Virus record (IMG/VR): IMGVR_UViG_3300049048_000060
Location: 1 to 50,913 of that record
Reading direction: 5' to 3' (one strand)
DNA: 50,913 nt
Source: a virus
Taxonomy: Duplodnaviria > Caudoviricetes
Below are positions 18,401 through 26,434 of the stretch, in pieces (the stretch's first letter is position 1; the number at the start of each line of letters is the position of its first letter). A model generated the notes under the pieces. The model was not told where the DNA came from and searched no databases. It worked only from the letters and a program-made list of their open reading frames with translations. The position numbers were made by a program, and so were the translations under genes.

Positions 18401-21400
18401 AGAGAATCCGAACAGCAAACCAGCAACACCGGAACAGAACGCAGCTCGCATGGCCGAGCTACGGGCAGAACTTGACACTATCGGCGCCGCGTACTACGAA
18501 GTCGACGGGTTCTATGACCGCCCAGAGAAGTCGCTCGCCGTGTTCGGTATCAGCAAGGACCAAGCCCTTGCTCTGGGCAAGAAGTTCGGACAGGAAAGCG
18601 TACTGACGCGCGAGGGTTTCATCTACCAGGACGGATCGATCAACCCAACTACCGGATCAGTAGACATCTTCGAAACCGCGCCAGAGAACTACTACAGCAC
18701 GATCCGGTTCCCTGACGGCGCCGTATCGCGGTTTGCGGTAGGGATTGACTTCGACACGAAGATCGTCCCTGGCCAACAGCGCGCAATCATGTTCCAGAAG
18801 GTTGACCAGACCAACACAGAAGCCTTCAAGAAGTGGTTCGGGGATAGCAAGGTCGTCGACGAGAACGGCGACCCGCTGGTCGTGTATCATGGCACGTTAA
18901 GCTCGTTCGATACGTTTGACAAAGCGGCCGTTGGAAAAAACTATGGTAAGTTTGCAAGAGGCCTACACTTTACGAGCGAACAAAAGCGCGCCAACTTCTA
19001 CGCCTTTATGTACCCGGAGTTCTACGGGAAATACTCGCCGAACATTGTTCCGGCGTACCTGTCGATGAAAAATCCACTAGTTATCGATTCAGGAGAAGAG
19101 TCCCCGATCGCGTACTTGGACGAAAACCCAGTGGCAGAAGAGCTTCTCGCCGGTCGAGACGGGATAATCGTAAACGGCAACGGGGAACAACACTTTGTGG
19201 TGTTTGAGCCAGAACAGATCAAGTCCGCCGTAGGTAACCGCGGTACGTTCGACCCAGAGAACCAGAACATAGTTATGCAATCTGGCAAGCCAGGCGAACT
19301 CACGATCCGTGGCACGCACTACTCGAACACGAGACGCGCCACCCTTAACGGCGATAAGTACGGCACTGGCTTGCGTGGCGCAGAGGCCGAAGCCGTTCGT
19401 CGTACCGAGGATCAGCGCCTCAAGTCCCGCGTCTACTTCTACGTTGACGAAGGCAACGGCACGTTCCCTGAAACGGGCGTCGGCTACGTGAAGCACGAAG
19501 TCACGCTGACAAATATGTACGACGGGGCTCGCAACCCTCTGAAGCTGAAGAGCACCAACCAGTTCGGCGTATTCGATTCGAACGTCTTCGAGGCCGCGGT
19601 ACTCGACGCCGGCTTCGATGGATACTACATAGAAGAGGGCTTTGGCCGCCAGGGCGTTGCAGTCGTTCTCGGTGACGCCGCGAAGTCGATCCCGGTAGAA
19701 GAACCGGAAGCGGCCATGTACCAGTCCGGCCCAGGATTCGAATCCTGGTTCGAAGGCTCGAAGGTCACGACACCTGAAGGCAAACCCCGTGTCGTGTACC
19801 ACGGCACGCAGGCTGATATCGGCGAGTTCAAACCGTCCGGCACGTACGGCGATATGTACTTCTTCACCGGTGACCAGGGGATGGCCAGCAAGTACGCAGG
19901 CGCTCGCGAAGGCGCGAACGTCATGCCATTGTATCTCTCGATCAAGAACCCGTACTACATCGACAGCATGGACCAGTACGACGGGCAGACGCTACGTGAA
20001 GCCAAGGCCGCTGGGCATGATGGCGCGATCCTTCGCACGAACGGTGAAGAGCTTGTCTACGTCGCCTTCCGTCCGTCGCAGATCAAGTCCGCGATCTCGA
20101 ACACAGGTGCGTTCTCCGGTTCCGACAACCGTCTCATGTTCCAGTCGACGCAACTGCGCCGAGGCACCGAGACCCTGAAACGCTTCGGCCTGGACCCTAC
20201 AAAGAGCTATACGACTCGCGAAGTCGCGGCGGCTCTGGAAGCGCGTCAACGTAAGAAATACGGGCAGATCGATACGAAGGATGTGAGCCCGGAAGCCAAG
20301 AAGAAGATCGCGTCCTGGATGGTCGACGAGGTCCTTTTCGAAATGGAGAACCCAGAAAGCTCCGGCATGGGCTGGTACAGCTACAAGTACCAGAACGCGA
20401 TCGACATTCTCGCGCAGGATGGCGCCCCTGAACTTGCTACCGACAAGGCCGCACGAGATCTCTTCACCGCTTTGGTGGCGATCACGTCCGACGGTCAGAA
20501 GGTCGTAGGCAACTTCGCGCAGGCGATGGACATCTACAAGAATATCCGCGACAACAATGTCTTCGAGAGCAGCCGCAAGCACCAACGCCAGGCGTCAGTT
20601 GACGCGAACCTTGGCGCGCTGAAGGACCTGTACGACACGCTCGGCCCAGAAGGCTTGCACGAGTTCCTGTTACAGGAGAAGACCGTCGGCGAGCTGAACA
20701 CCATCGCCAAGGAACAAGGCATCACCTTCAACGTGCAATACTCGCCGAAGGTGAAGCTGCCGATGGCGGCGGTCATCTTTGGCCCGAAGCTGGGCGCGTT
20801 CTACGCGAACCTGATGGGCAAGGAAGGCTACCTGACGATGGATCGCTGGTGGACCCGCACGTTCAACAGGTACCGCGGTACGCTTCTCACGGCACCGACC
20901 AAGGGCTCACTCGACAAGCTCCGTGAACTCCTGGGGGACGCCACTCTGTCGGACGACCAAGTCATCTCGGCAGCAGCGACCTACGAGGAGATCTACCGCA
21001 AGAGCGGGTACAAGGACAAGACCCCTATCAACGTGGCCGCGAACACGGTACATCGTGCCGCCTTCGGGATTCAGGACTCTCCTGCTCGGGTATCCGAGCG
21101 CACATTCATGATCGACACGGTAGCGGAGGCGAGAAAAATGTTGGCTCGCCGTGGTGTCGACATTTCGATCGCCGACATTCAAGCAGTTCTTTGGTATTAC
21201 GAAAAGAGACTTTATGGACAACTTGGAGCAAGAGATTCAGCAGACGTCAGCTACGAAGATGCAGCTAGACGAGTTGTCGCCCTTCGAGGAGATTACACCC
21301 GCCAAGCGGAAGCAGATCCTGCAGAAGATGGCGAAGCAGTATCGCCCGGTACAGAACTCTACCAAGCCGAAGGGGCGCTCGGCTCGTTCAACCTAGACAC

Positions 21401-24400
21401 GCTCACGATCTCGTTACTGTCCGGCGCGAACCTGTCGACGTTCATCCACGAGTCCGGCCACTTCTACCTGAAGATGCTGGAAGAATTGAGCAAGCAGCCT
21501 AACGCACCTCAAGGCGTGATCGACGACTTCAACAAGACCCTCGACTGGTTCGGCGTCACGCGCGAACAGTGGGAAGGCTTCGGCCTAGAAGAGATGCGTC
21601 CGTACCACGAGCAGTGGGCACAAAGCTGGGAACGCTGGAACCTGGAAGGCCAAGCACCTACGGCCGATCTGCAGCCGCTGTTCTCCCGCTTCCGCGCATG
21701 GCTTCTCATGGTCTACAGGTCCGTCGAGCAATTCCTGAAGCAGAACCCGCTTGCCGGCAACCTGAATGACGAGATCCGTCTCGTGTTCGGTCGCCTGATC
21801 GCAGCGGAAGACGCGATCAAGAAGACCGCCGAAGCACGTTCCTACCTGCCTCTGTTCGAGACCGCTGAAGAAGCGGGCACGAGCCAGGCGGCCTTCGAAG
21901 CCTACGTAAAACTCGGCAAGGAGTCCGAGCAAGTCGCTGTCGACACCATGCAAACGAAGAGCATGAAGGATATGCGCTGGCTGTCTAACGCACGCTCCAA
22001 GGCGATCCGCGAATTGCAAGCCCTGGCAAAGGTCAAGCGTCGCGAGATCCGCGCACAGGTCGAGCTGGAAGTCATGACTGAACCAGTGAACCAGGCTCGC
22101 ACTTTCATGCGTACTGGCTCGATCACGAATCCGGACACGGGAGAACGCACCAAGATCTCGGACGAGTTCAAGATGAACACGAGCGTGGTCCGTGCTATCG
22201 CTCCGGACGTCGACCTCGCTGACCTGCGTGGCATGACTTCCGACACCGGTGTCGACCCTGACCTGATCGCTCCTACCTTCGGCTTCACCAGCGGTGAACA
22301 GATGATCCGCGAGATCCTGTCCGCGGAGAACGCCCAGGAGAAGATCGACGGCATCACCGACCAGCGTATGTTGGAAGAGAACGGGGAGCTGATCGACGAA
22401 CGCGCTATCCAGCAAGCCGCTGACGAAGCTCTGCACAACGAAGCCCGTGCCCGCTTCATGGCCACCGGTCTCAAGATGCTGATGAAGCAAGGCAACATCC
22501 GGCAGATCGTGAAGGCAGCCAAGCAGGCAGCGGATACCGCCATCGCCGGCAAGCGCGTCCGTGACGTGAAGCCGAACCAGTACCTTGCAGCGGAAACCCG
22601 TGCGAACAAGGAAGCTATCAAGGCAGCGCCTACCAGCCCACAGAAAGCCGCTGAAGCGCAGCGCGCAGCTCTCTTGAACAACCAGCTCGCCCGTTCCGCG
22701 CAAGAGGCTGTAAAGGACGTGGAGAAGGCTTTACGGTACCTCGACAAGTTCAACAGCGAAGGCACCCGCAAGAATCTCGATATCGAGTACCTTGAGCAGA
22801 TCGACTCGCTCCTGGAACCGTTCGACCTGCGTCGTGGCTTGAGCCTCTCGACTATCGATCGCAACGTCGCGCTATCGGACTGGGTCGCCCAGCAAGAAGC
22901 CCTTGGCTTCCAGCCTATTATCGATCCGGAGATGGTTGCCGAGGCACGCCGTAAGTCCTACAAGAACATGACCGTCGAGGAGTTCCGCGGACTCGTTGAC
23001 ACGATCAAACAGATCGAGCATCTGGGTCGCCTGAAGAAGAAACTCCTGACGGCCAAGGATCAGCGCGAGTTCGACGAGCGTATCTCGGAAGCGCGTGCAT
23101 CGATCGAAGCCAACGCCAACCGCACGGTCAAGCAACGCGAGACGCCGAACGACGTGCTCGGCAATGTCGGCGCCTGGGTGCGTCAGATGGCCGCGTCTCA
23201 CCGTAAGTTCGCGAGCTTCATCCGTGAGCTTGACGGCGGCAAAGATCTCGGCGTCGTGTCCGAGCTTCTGGTCTACCCGATGCTAGAAGCTGGCCAACGC
23301 GAAACGGACATGAAGGGGCAGGCCGCAGAACGCATGGCACAGCTTTTCGAACCGATACTCGCGAACCTGAAGACAGGCTTCGTCCCTGGCAACGTGTACG
23401 CGCGCAAGTCTGTCGTGCCTGGTACCGACATCTCCATGACCCACGAACAACGAATCATGTTCGGGATGAACTGGGGGAACGAGGGCAACCGCCAACGTCT
23501 GCTGGATGGCGGGCTCCCTGGCAAGCGTGCCCTGTCTGTGCAAGAGGCTCGAGCGATCCTGGACACCCTGACCAAGGAAGAGTGGGACTTCATCCAGGCG
23601 ACATGGGACTTCATCGCCGAGTACAAGCCGCTGATCGCGGAACAAGAACGCACCCTTACCGGCAAGACGCCAGAATGGGTTGAGCCTGCTGAAGTCGAGA
23701 CCAAATTCGGTACCTACCGAGGCGGCTACTTCCCGGCCAAGTACGACGCGATCCTGTCCACCCGCTCCGATACTCTCGAAGCGGCAGCGGACTTGCGCCA
23801 AGCGATGCAGGGCGCGTACAACCGTGCCTCGGCTCGTGACGGCTACACCAAGCAACGGGCAGACGAAGTCATTGGCCGCCCTATCCTGTTGTCCTTCAAC
23901 GCGGTATCGAGACACGTCAACGAAGTCGTCCACCGTATCGCGTGGCAGGACTGGCTGATCGATGCTGCACGGGTTCTCAAGGCGCTTGACCCAGACATCC
24001 GTCTGCGTCTCGGCCAGGAAGCTCTCCGCGAGATGCAACTCGCGGTTCGGGATATCGCGTCCGGCGACGCCCCTGCCACGGGTCCGGTCGACGTTGCTAT
24101 CAACCGAATCCGTGCAGGCTCTTCGATCGTCGGCATGGGCTGGCGCTTCATGACCGCCCTGCTGCAGCCTTCAGGCATCTTCCAGTCCTGGGCAAGGCTC
24201 GACGCCAAGTGGACCGCGATCGGCATCAAGAACGTACTCGCGAATCCGGTAGAGGCAAATGACTGGGTGAACGCCAACTCGCCGTTCATGCGTAACCGTG
24301 CCAAGACTCTCAGTCGCGAGGTCAACGAGATCATGAACACGGTACGCGCAGGGAAGAACGTCTCCGCCGTCACTGCCAGCTACTTCGGCATGATCGCGAA

Positions 24401-25163
24401 GATGCAACGGATGATCGATCTCCCGACCTACCTCGGCGCGTACCACAAGGCCTTGGCCGAACTCAAGTACGAAGACGCAGCCAGCGACAAGCAACGCCAG
24501 GCTATCGAAGCGAAGGCACACGACTTCGCGGCACAGACCGTCATCGATACACAAACCGGTGGCGAGCTGAAGGACCTGGCAAGCGTGCAACGCGGATCAC
24601 CAGTCTACAAGCTGTTCACGAACTTCTACAGCTACTTCTCGACCCTGTATAACCTGAACGTCGAGAACTATCGGACGAAGCGATTCTCGAATCCGGCAGA
24701 GTTCGCGGACTTCGTTGGCACGTTCCTGTTGCTGAACACCATGCCTGCGATCTACTCCGTGCTTCTTCGAGAGGCCTTCCGCGAGGATTGTGGCTGGGAC
24801 GACACGCTGTGTCTGCTGAACAAGTACAAGACCGAGCAGTCGCAGATGATGTTCGGCCAGATGATTCTGCTGCGCGAAGTCGGCGCCGGGGTCGATGTGG
24901 CGACAGGCGGTAACGCTTACGGCTACTCCGGACCTGCGGGATTACGCTTCTTCGCAGACGTCTACAAGGCTGGCCAACAAGCCGAGCAGGGCGAGGCAGA
25001 CTTCGCGCTCTTCAAGTCGCTGAACAACGTCGCAGGGGCCTTGCTGCACTATCCGGCAGGGCAGATCAATACGACGACCGAAGGTCTTCTCGCGATTAAC
25101 GACGGCACGGTGGAAGGGGTCGACGCGATCCTGGCACTGATTGCAGGTCCGCCGAGAGATTGA
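15447..25163 (+). CDS. Giant internal virion polyvalent protein (ART-like x3, HhH-glycosylase-like, zincin metallopeptidase)
   Basis: 3238 aa in the gp16 position. Two F..WF..SKV....G.P.VVYHGT...QIKSA..N.G.F domains, HESGH at 21447, GPK..F...L.G...TMDRW, VHDYFGH and AILTAENP motifs. Confidence 0.85.
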   Translation: MANQHKDLIARVAESAEPQEIDYGSLISQVRPTDKVKESVLTASSKNPDEEAQKRKLAPQLGIPAGLIDNVKDAQREVDQQAYDPRRLVVESPKTADYISNPDKLSSMGLDSVQGMTQLERVISQAKIDNDTSRYAPNRPKTIVGAVQNAFGRAAGQAEALFYGGMGFAADVQGRDDIALNLLRRYTATQEKTAKAYPAAVPSFKDINSWADVPTYLLEGIIENGGFLAMSMGTGLIGKKTAEMGVKRFADTALTEAAKREAVKRAGVIGAAAGSGTGSVGMQTGMIYGDVFAETGEQRPGVAAAFGLATGALDAFSAFKGVQQLFGKEIAERVAQTAVQRYGVEGAKAMFREGSTEYMQTWLEKGAVSFVDGRPLLNEENLIESMDAFFKGGAAGGAIQQAGQVAVHIADRVTGKLETARAESRATESQERAMKAWGNLIIKSEKQEADANIVTGAVDALTELNDTVANLPARSRVPDLFQEFVETMVEDSNLTDLYVNSTTVMSAIETAGLTPAMLQEQAPVLAAQLQEAQDIGTDVRIPVQEYLAVFPGSGSEQTLLQEARVEPEGPTYKEAGEFYQKMGETFQQEIDTVERETRPVLTRQDFQQAKTAGDVTDPLVGEAQSYEQYLEKHDNREAVKQANRDEIEQTLMGQIRNVTRYTAPVQRSMITPVISFYETQAANLGISPMELYRRFPLRISDAIENAMRSLTQIITPLKGAPGIVTPNPVARRLADNFREDNRVAADPVRDYAEVNESRAKRIAAAYEDMEHAPNDPKVKAAYDALISETAAQYEALLSTGIRVEFIPEGAEDPYAASPRMAIDDVKNNNHLWVFPTTAGFGSGEQYAGNPLLAKTKYVDANGVPMLANDVFRVVHDYFGHIAEGVGFRAAGEENAWRQHSSMFSPLARRALTTETRGQNSWVNYGPYGERNRTAKGNDTTYADQKTGLLPDWVVFEGSGQAWIEDFRPDNIQEILQKDHWAILTAENPNSKPATPEQNAARMAELRAELDTIGAAYYEVDGFYDRPEKSLAVFGISKDQALALGKKFGQESVLTREGFIYQDGSINPTTGSVDIFETAPENYYSTIRFPDGAVSRFAVGIDFDTKIVPGQQRAIMFQKVDQTNTEAFKKWFGDSKVVDENGDPLVVYHGTLSSFDTFDKAAVGKNYGKFARGLHFTSEQKRANFYAFMYPEFYGKYSPNIVPAYLSMKNPLVIDSGEESPIAYLDENPVAEELLAGRDGIIVNGNGEQHFVVFEPEQIKSAVGNRGTFDPENQNIVMQSGKPGELTIRGTHYSNTRRATLNGDKYGTGLRGAEAEAVRRTEDQRLKSRVYFYVDEGNGTFPETGVGYVKHEVTLTNMYDGARNPLKLKSTNQFGVFDSNVFEAAVLDAGFDGYYIEEGFGRQGVAVVLGDAAKSIPVEEPEAAMYQSGPGFESWFEGSKVTTPEGKPRVVYHGTQADIGEFKPSGTYGDMYFFTGDQGMASKYAGAREGANVMPLYLSIKNPYYIDSMDQYDGQTLREAKAAGHDGAILRTNGEELVYVAFRPSQIKSAISNTGAFSGSDNRLMFQSTQLRRGTETLKRFGLDPTKSYTTREVAAALEARQRKKYGQIDTKDVSPEAKKKIASWMVDEVLFEMENPESSGMGWYSYKYQNAIDILAQDGAPELATDKAARDLFTALVAITSDGQKVVGNFAQAMDIYKNIRDNNVFESSRKHQRQASVDANLGALKDLYDTLGPEGLHEFLLQEKTVGELNTIAKEQGITFNVQYSPKVKLPMAAVIFGPKLGAFYANLMGKEGYLTMDRWWTRTFNRYRGTLLTAPTKGSLDKLRELLGDATLSDDQVISAAATYEEIYRKSGYKDKTPINVAANTVHRAAFGIQDSPARVSERTFMIDTVAEARKMLARRGVDISIADIQAVLWYYEKRLYGQLGARDSADVSYEDAARRVVALRGDYTRQAEADPAEDGEAVSPGTELYQAEGALGSFNLDTLTISLLSGANLSTFIHESGHFYLKMLEELSKQPNAPQGVIDDFNKTLDWFGVTREQWEGFGLEEMRPYHEQWAQSWERWNLEGQAPTADLQPLFSRFRAWLLMVYRSVEQFLKQNPLAGNLNDEIRLVFGRLIAAEDAIKKTAEARSYLPLFETAEEAGTSQAAFEAYVKLGKESEQVAVDTMQTKSMKDMRWLSNARSKAIRELQALAKVKRREIRAQVELEVMTEPVNQARTFMRTGSITNPDTGERTKISDEFKMNTSVVRAIAPDVDLADLRGMTSDTGVDPDLIAPTFGFTSGEQMIREILSAENAQEKIDGITDQRMLEENGELIDERAIQQAADEALHNEARARFMATGLKMLMKQGNIRQIVKAAKQAADTAIAGKRVRDVKPNQYLAAETRANKEAIKAAPTSPQKAAEAQRAALLNNQLARSAQEAVKDVEKALRYLDKFNSEGTRKNLDIEYLEQIDSLLEPFDLRRGLSLSTIDRNVALSDWVAQQEALGFQPIIDPEMVAEARRKSYKNMTVEEFRGLVDTIKQIEHLGRLKKKLLTAKDQREFDERISEARASIEANANRTVKQRETPNDVLGNVGAWVRQMAASHRKFASFIRELDGGKDLGVVSELLVYPMLEAGQRETDMKGQAAERMAQLFEPILANLKTGFVPGNVYARKSVVPGTDISMTHEQRIMFGMNWGNEGNRQRLLDGGLPGKRALSVQEARAILDTLTKEEWDFIQATWDFIAEYKPLIAEQERTLTGKTPEWVEPAEVETKFGTYRGGYFPAKYDAILSTRSDTLEAAADLRQAMQGAYNRASARDGYTKQRADEVIGRPILLSFNAVSRHVNEVVHRIAWQDWLIDAARVLKALDPDIRLRLGQEALREMQLAVRDIASGDAPATGPVDVAINRIRAGSSIVGMGWRFMTALLQPSGIFQSWARLDAKWTAIGIKNVLANPVEANDWVNANSPFMRNRAKTLSREVNEIMNTVRAGKNVSAVTASYFGMIAKMQRMIDLPTYLGAYHKALAELKYEDAASDKQRQAIEAKAHDFAAQTVIDTQTGGELKDLASVQRGSPVYKLFTNFYSYFSTLYNLNVENYRTKRFSNPAEFADFVGTFLLLNTMPAIYSVLLREAFREDCGWDDTLCLLNKYKTEQSQMMFGQMILLREVGAGVDVATGGNAYGYSGPAGLRFFADVYKAGQQAEQGEADFALFKSLNNVAGALLHYPAGQINTTTEGLLAINDGTVEGVDAILALIAGPPRD
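21214..21396 (+). CDS. Candidate overprinted small ORF inside the giant gene (alternative frame)
   Basis: ATG preceded by AAGAG. The 60-aa product is charged and helical-looking, and the host frame shows a local AT-rich codon shift. Confidence 0.35.
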   Translation: MDNLEQEIQQTSATKMQLDELSPFEEITPAKRKQILQKMAKQYRPVQNSTKPKGRSARST

Positions 25164-25213
25164 TAATCGGCTGAATCCATGAAACAATCGCGAGAACTAT
25201 AGGAGACACGCAC

Positions 25214-26434
25214 ATGACTTTTGAAGACCGAGGAAGAGGCGTCGTCGGGACGCTCGGGATGAAGGCCCCGTGCGTGGCCGCGAGTACAGGTAACCTGACT
25301 CTGTCAGGAGAGCAAAGCGTCGATGGCGTGGCTCTCGTCGCTGGTGATCGGGTACTGGTCAAGGACCAGACCGACGCTACTGAAAACGGGATCTATGCAG
25401 TAGCCCTCTCGAACTGGGAGCGCGAGCCGGACTTTGACGGTCCGGACGACGTCGCTGGCGGGACGAAGATTCCCGTAAATCAAGGCACCCAGAACTTCAA
25501 CACGATCTGGGGCGTCACCAACGTGGACGACATCACTGTCGGGACCACGGAGATCACCTTCGGCAACTTCGTAACGTCCGGCAATGCCGTCGCTGCCGAG
25601 GCTGCTCAAGCCGGTGCCGAGGCTGCTCAAGCCGGTGCCGAGGCGGCTGCTTCAGATTCCGCTACCTCGGCGGCCGAGGCCGCGGTATCCGCTGCCGCCG
25701 CACAAGCACAACTTACCGCCACGTCAAGCACGTCTCTCGGCATCGGTGCCGGATCGAAAGTGTTCACTACCCAGACTGGTCGCGCGTTCCAAGCTGGCGT
25801 GTTTATAATCGCGTACAGCGCCGGAGATCCGACGAACTGGATGATCGGGCAGTCCGCATCCTACAGCGGAACCACCCTTACGCTTACCGTCGGTGTTGAT
25901 GACTTCGAAGGTGCCGGAACGTACACGGATTGGATCTTACAGATCAGCGGCGCACGCGGCCCGGAAGGACCTACTGGACCTGCTGGCGCGGGGAGCGGCG
26001 ACATGCTGAAGAGCGAAAACCTATCAGGTCTCGCCGACTATCCTACCGCTCGCTCTAACCTTGGCGTTGCAATCGGGTCCGATGTCCAGGCATACGACGC
26101 CGCTACGGCGAAGACGGACGAAGTTCAGACCTTCACCGTATCCCAGCGCGCGAGCGCGACGACCGACGCAGACGGTAGCTTCGACATGAACGCGACAAAC
26201 GACTTCCTGTGGACGCCAACGGGTAACGATACGCTTGAGTTCACGAACGAGACCGCAGGACAACGCGGCCTTATCCGTCTCGTGAATCCGTCCGCGTACA
26301 CGATCTCCCTGGGAGCTGAAGTCGACGCAGACACGGACGTCGCGACCGAGCTTTCACAAGCCGGCACCTACGTCATCTCGTACTGGTGCTACAACGGAAC
26401 GGACGTTGCAATCAGCTTCGCGAAGGTAGGCTAA
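25214..26434 (+). CDS. Tail fibre protein (proximal)
   Basis: N-terminal LSGEQSVDGV..VAGDRVLVKDQT..ENGIY module, Ala-rich coiled coil, short collagen GxY run and AR.NLG motif. Confidence 0.8.
   Translation: MTFEDRGRGVVGTLGMKAPCVAASTGNLTLSGEQSVDGVALVAGDRVLVKDQTDATENGIYAVALSNWEREPDFDGPDDVAGGTKIPVNQGTQNFNTIWGVTNVDDITVGTTEITFGNFVTSGNAVAAEAAQAGAEAAQAGAEAAASDSATSAAEAAVSAAAAQAQLTATSSTSLGIGAGSKVFTTQTGRAFQAGVFIIAYSAGDPTNWMIGQSASYSGTTLTLTVGVDDFEGAGTYTDWILQISGARGPEGPTGPAGAGSGDMLKSENLSGLADYPTARSNLGVAIGSDVQAYDAATAKTDEVQTFTVSQRASATTDADGSFDMNATNDFLWTPTGNDTLEFTNETAGQRGLIRLVNPSAYTISLGAEVDADTDVATELSQAGTYVISYWCYNGTDVAISFAKVG
25594..25644 (+). repeat. 21-bp coding tandem repeat (AEAAQAG) x2.4
   Basis: tgccgaggctgctcaagccgg twice, plus a partial third copy. 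Confidence 0.9.

Noticed and set aside
15324-24590. Long minus-strand ORFs opposite the giant gene (e.g. 15324..16787, 21585..22703) and similar ones opposite capsid and tail genes
   Set aside because: These are antisense shadows expected from GC-rich biased codon usage, with no SD or recognisable motifs.
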